Assembly: GCA_963711835.1 (NCBI GenBank)
Contig: CAVQFQ010000013.1
Location: 21,629-85,628 of the forward strand
Length of the DNA stretch: 64,000 nucleotides
Source of the DNA: an uncultured delta proteobacterium
GTDB lineage: Bacteria; Desulfobacterota; RBG-13-43-22
Reading direction: 5' to 3'
The translations under genes were made by a program, and so were the position numbers. The notes below the pieces were generated by a model that saw nothing but the letters and a program-made list of their open reading frames with translations, did no database searches and was not told the origin of the DNA. Below, piece after piece: positions 60,756-64,000 of the stretch (the first letter of the stretch is position 1; the number at the start of each line of letters is the position of its first letter).

Positions 60756-62104
60756 TTAATCATAATTAAATGTTACTGAAAGGATAGCAGAAGAGGGATC
60801 GTTTACTCATAATTAATGTTACCGGAGCGAGGGGACTTAAGCTGTTCATTCCGGAACTGGGTCTGGAAGATTTTTTTAAGTTTAGTTTCAATAGCTGCTC
60901 TCAGATGGAAAGGGTTCAAGGTTTTCAATTGGGCGATTAATTGCTTTTTAATAGCCGGCGGTACCAGCGGGGATTCCATAATCCGTTGGTAAGGCGTTTT
61001 AGGGCGATCATACCTCCGGATGGTTTTGAGGCAATTCTTTCTTTGGCCAGCAGTTTTACTGAGGGCAGGAAGAAGTTATGAAACAGACGCCATTCCTGGG
61101 TATAGAGGTTGTTCAGGAGAGGGACGACCTGGGGGTTGTCCAGGCGATCATAGCCTAACCACTGGCGGACATGGGTCCAATTTTTTTGTTCTATATGGGC
61201 ATTGTCGTCTTTATGATAGGCGCGGCTACGGGTAAATTGGATGGGCTTTTTTCTTTCGGTGAAGTGTCTCAGGAGATGATGGTTTAAAAATTCGGAGCCA
61301 TTATCGCAATCGAAGCCGAGCAAGGGGAAGGGCAAGGACTGTTCGATCTTACGGATTTGATCCAGGACCCCGGTTTCGCCTTTTCCCCAGACCGCCCGTT
61401 GTTCGGTCCATCCTGTAGCGATATCGACGCAGGTCAGTCCAAGGTATAGGTGAACATTCCGGCTACGGTGTCTCCACAATGGGCCACGGTATCAGCTTCC
61501 AAAAACCCCGGCCGGGTTTCATCCCACTGGTTGGTTTTTAGGGGAATTTGTTTTCGCAAGAGGGTGCCGGGTTTGGTGGTGGCGCGCCCTCGTTTTTTAT
61601 ACTGGACGCGGATGAATTTCAAGCGCCGATCGATGGTGGCGGTCGAGATCGTATCCAAGGCCCGTCGGACCGGGACCGGCAGTTCCCCGAAGGTTGAGCC
61701 GTAGCTGGGAAGCCATAAAGGTAACGAGGCCTTAAGCCGGGTGGAGCAGGGCTGATTGGCAGCCAGCCAGATCTTTTTTAAAGCTTTTAAGAGTTCAGGA
61801 GAGTCATAGACAGGCTTCCGGCCTCTCGGTTTAGGTTGAGGCTTGGTAAAACGTTTAAAGCCTCTGAGCAAGCGATTAGCGTGTTTTCGATGGTACTTGG
61901 TAGCGGCACAGAATTCATCCAAAATAATTTGCTTTTGGGCTTTGGTGGCATCTTTATACCGTTTAGAAATAGCCTCCAGGTATTCATTTTTCGATCGGGG
62001 ACTCATAATTTTTACCTCCTACCGAGATCTTTCCCTCGGTAACATTAATTATGAGTCAACGATCCCTTTGTTTTAACCCCCTTGGTAACATTTAATATGA
62101 TTCA
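60756..62104 (-). mobile_element. ISNCY/IS481-like insertion sequence with doubled terminal repeats
   Basis: IR GGTAACATTAATTATGAGT(C/A)AACGATCCCT plus a second outer GTAACATTTAA(T)TATGATT copy at each end. Confidence 0.72.
60803..62006 (-). pseudogene. DDE/rve transposase with two frameshifts
   Basis: MSPRSKNEYLEAI..PGFLEADTVAHCG, then DCDNGSEF..SRAYHKDDNAHIEQKN in another frame; breaks near 61437 and 61020. Confidence 0.85.
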
Positions 62105-62124
62105 ATTCGCCCTATTTTTTAAAC

Positions 62125-62153
62125 TTGACAGGCCATGGTCATTCGTGTACGTT
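62125..62153 (+). promoter_or_regulatory. Sigma70-type promoter
   Basis: TTGACA-17 nt-TACGTT upstream of the ATG at 62186. Confidence 0.5.
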
Positions 62154-62185
62154 TGTATTAAATTGAATACATTCCCTTGCTGCCC

Positions 62186-62260
62186 ATGAAACGAGTTATA
62201 GCTGACAGCAGTTCCATCATTCTTCTGGCTAAGTGCAGTTTACTGGAGGACATCCTATAT
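62186..62260 (+). pseudogene. PIN-domain (DUF3368-like) gene 5' end interrupted by IS110
   Basis: MKRVIADSSSIILLAKCSLLEDILY matches a PIN N-terminus (hhhDxSxhIxLxK). Confidence 0.6.
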
Positions 62261-63999
62261 TCTTCCTGTCAAGAGGAAATATTTCATTTTGAGAAAAATA
62301 ACGATTTTAACGAGTTGCGATTTTAGTCTTTTTTAGGTCGCACTTCTCCTTCACAACTAAGCGACAGGCTTGCTGTTTCTGGTTTCCCCAGTGCTCACCA
62401 ATAGCGAACTTTAAATCTCAGCGTTATCAGTATCCGGCATCCCGCCCGAGGCGGGCGCCCAGCATCCCTTATCCAGGTTTTAAAGTTTAGTGAGCGGCCC
62501 TGATTGTCCCCCTCGAGGTCCGTAATCGGCCTCTGCGTTGGTGCCCGGGCTCGCCTGAAGGGAATTATAAGTTTTCTCGTTACGCCGGATTTAAATAGCG
62601 AGGATGGTAAGGCTCCTTTTTCTTCATGATCGTCCAAGCGATGATCAAGAACTTAGCCGACAGCTTGACCCACCGTTTGGTTTTGATCCCGGGTTCTTTT
62701 TCTCGCCCCTGCAATTGATCGGTGTAATATTCGATCCAGGGTCGATGGTGGGTAGAGGCGATCAGAGCCGCCTGGTATAAGGCATAGCGCAGATTGGCTT
62801 TACCCTTTTTGGAAATGACCGAGGTCGCCGTATCCGAGGTTTTCCCGCTCCGGTCGGCGTTGAGATCCAAGCCGGCCATCTTGAGCACCTGCTTCCGGTT
62901 CTGAAAACGGAAGGGATTGCCGAGCGCGCCGATCACCTGGGCCGAAACGTCCGGACCAAAGCCGGGGATGGTCAGGAGATATCCATATTCCGGAAACTGC
63001 CGGCAAGTCTCCCGGATTTGTTTGTCGGTCGTCTTAATGGTTCCCCTGAGTTGACGCAGTCCGTCTACCATCACCTGGGCCTCAAAGTGGGCCCCTTCCC
63101 CCATCTCGCAACCGATGGAGTCGATAGCCAGTTGCTGGATGGTCTGCAAGCGCTGGTGCTGGGCCAGGGTCTTACGCCCGGGCACTACCCGTTGGACGAA
63201 TTGATCGAACTCCAAACCGGCCAGTTCGGAAGTGTCCAGGCACCAACGGACAATCGCTTCCACCTCCGGTCGCCCACTAAAACGGTCCAATTCTGGGAAA
63301 TACTGGGCTAAAAGGTGGTTTCGAATACGTACCCGATAGCTGTGCTCCTGCTTCTTCAGTCTCTTTTTCAGCGACAAAAGAGTGCGCAGATCCCGGAGCC
63401 CCATTTCCGGGTAGTCGTAGTACAGGCATTTTCCCTGGGAGATCAGGTCGGCGATATTGGCCGCATCTTTGGTGTCGTGTTTGTCCCAGCGCCCGTCCAA
63501 AAGCTCCCGGTTGCGCTTGACCGCTACCCCGGAAACCAGGACCACCATCCGGCCGCATTTAATCAAATACTCTCCCAAGGGCTTGTGATAGTTGGCCGTG
63601 GGTTCCAAGCCAAAGACCACCTTCGGCAAACTTTGGGCCACTTGGATGGCCCTGACCTGGGTCAGCAGCTTCCTAAATCCCTCAATAGTATTGTCAAAGA
63701 TCAATCGCCTTAAAAGCGTCTTCCCGGTGGCCGTACCGAAAAAGGCATGGTGCTTCTCCTTGGCCACGTCGATCCCGACGATCAGATACTCCCTCGATCC
63801 CCGGATCTCTTCCCGAAGTTGACGAAACCCCTCCAATCTGCTATGCTCATTTTCGTTCATTGGACACCTCCTGTTTAAGAGTTTGAGTTTGGTGAGACTT
63901 ACTTTTTCTCTTAACAGGAGGTTTTGCTTTTTGGTAGATTATGTTATTTTATTTCCTGGCGCAGGCTCGGGAGCCTACTCTCAGATTTAAGACCTATAT
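62254..63999 (-). mobile_element. IS110-family element
   Basis: Direct 7-mer CCTATAT at 62254 and 63993; ~320 nt non-coding 3' region. Confidence 0.7.
62580..63860 (-). CDS. IS110-family transposase (DEDD recombinase)
   Basis: VGIDVAK, LEPT, KHDTKDA, TIPGFG and RSGK..ISKKG..LR.AL motifs. Confidence 0.95.
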   Translation of the reverse strand: MNENEHSRLEGFRQLREEIRGSREYLIVGIDVAKEKHHAFFGTATGKTLLRRLIFDNTIEGFRKLLTQVRAIQVAQSLPKVVFGLEPTANYHKPLGEYLIKCGRMVVLVSGVAVKRNRELLDGRWDKHDTKDAANIADLISQGKCLYYDYPEMGLRDLRTLLSLKKRLKKQEHSYRVRIRNHLLAQYFPELDRFSGRPEVEAIVRWCLDTSELAGLEFDQFVQRVVPGRKTLAQHQRLQTIQQLAIDSIGCEMGEGAHFEAQVMVDGLRQLRGTIKTTDKQIRETCRQFPEYGYLLTIPGFGPDVSAQVIGALGNPFRFQNRKQVLKMAGLDLNADRSGKTSDTATSVISKKGKANLRYALYQAALIASTHHRPWIEYYTDQLQGREKEPGIKTKRWVKLSAKFLIIAWTIMKKKEPYHPRYLNPA

Positions 64000-64000
64000 A

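Overview
Chromosomal window from an anaerobic, selenocysteine-using bacterium; gene content points to Desulfobacterota/Deltaproteobacteria (inference). The backbone carries dnaE (5'-truncated), rimO, tadA, PMM/PGM, manC, nifSU, mce, tkt, selB and tRNA-Ser(CGA). (1) A ~10.5 kb accessory island (about 10.86-21.54 kb) sits next to tRNA-Ser and is bracketed by a duplicated gene 5' end. It holds an integrase-less integron cassette array (attI-like site plus attC sites; glycosylase-like, HEPN-like, membrane and toxin-antitoxin cassettes), RAYT/IS200/IS3/IS5 remnants and a tRNA-Glu 3' fragment. (2) A ~20 kb redox block runs from 33.8 to 54.1 kb: PerR/Fur, rubrerythrin, desulfoferrodoxin, 2-oxoacid:ferredoxin oxidoreductase, an octaheme HAO-like cytochrome, rubredoxins and redoxins. 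It ends in a selenoprotein cluster that the ORF track misses: five in-frame UGA codons in four genes, each followed by a SECIS-like hairpin, including a rhodanese-DsbD fusion with two Sec and tandem hairpins. (3) A dispersed 325-372 bp MITE-like family (4 full copies, 1 fragment) has 6-bp target duplications and an internal IR-bounded structured core that is inverted in one copy. (4) The right end has an ISNCY-type pseudogene and an intact IS110 inserted in a PIN-domain gene. Family names are from motif recognition and memory, not database searches.
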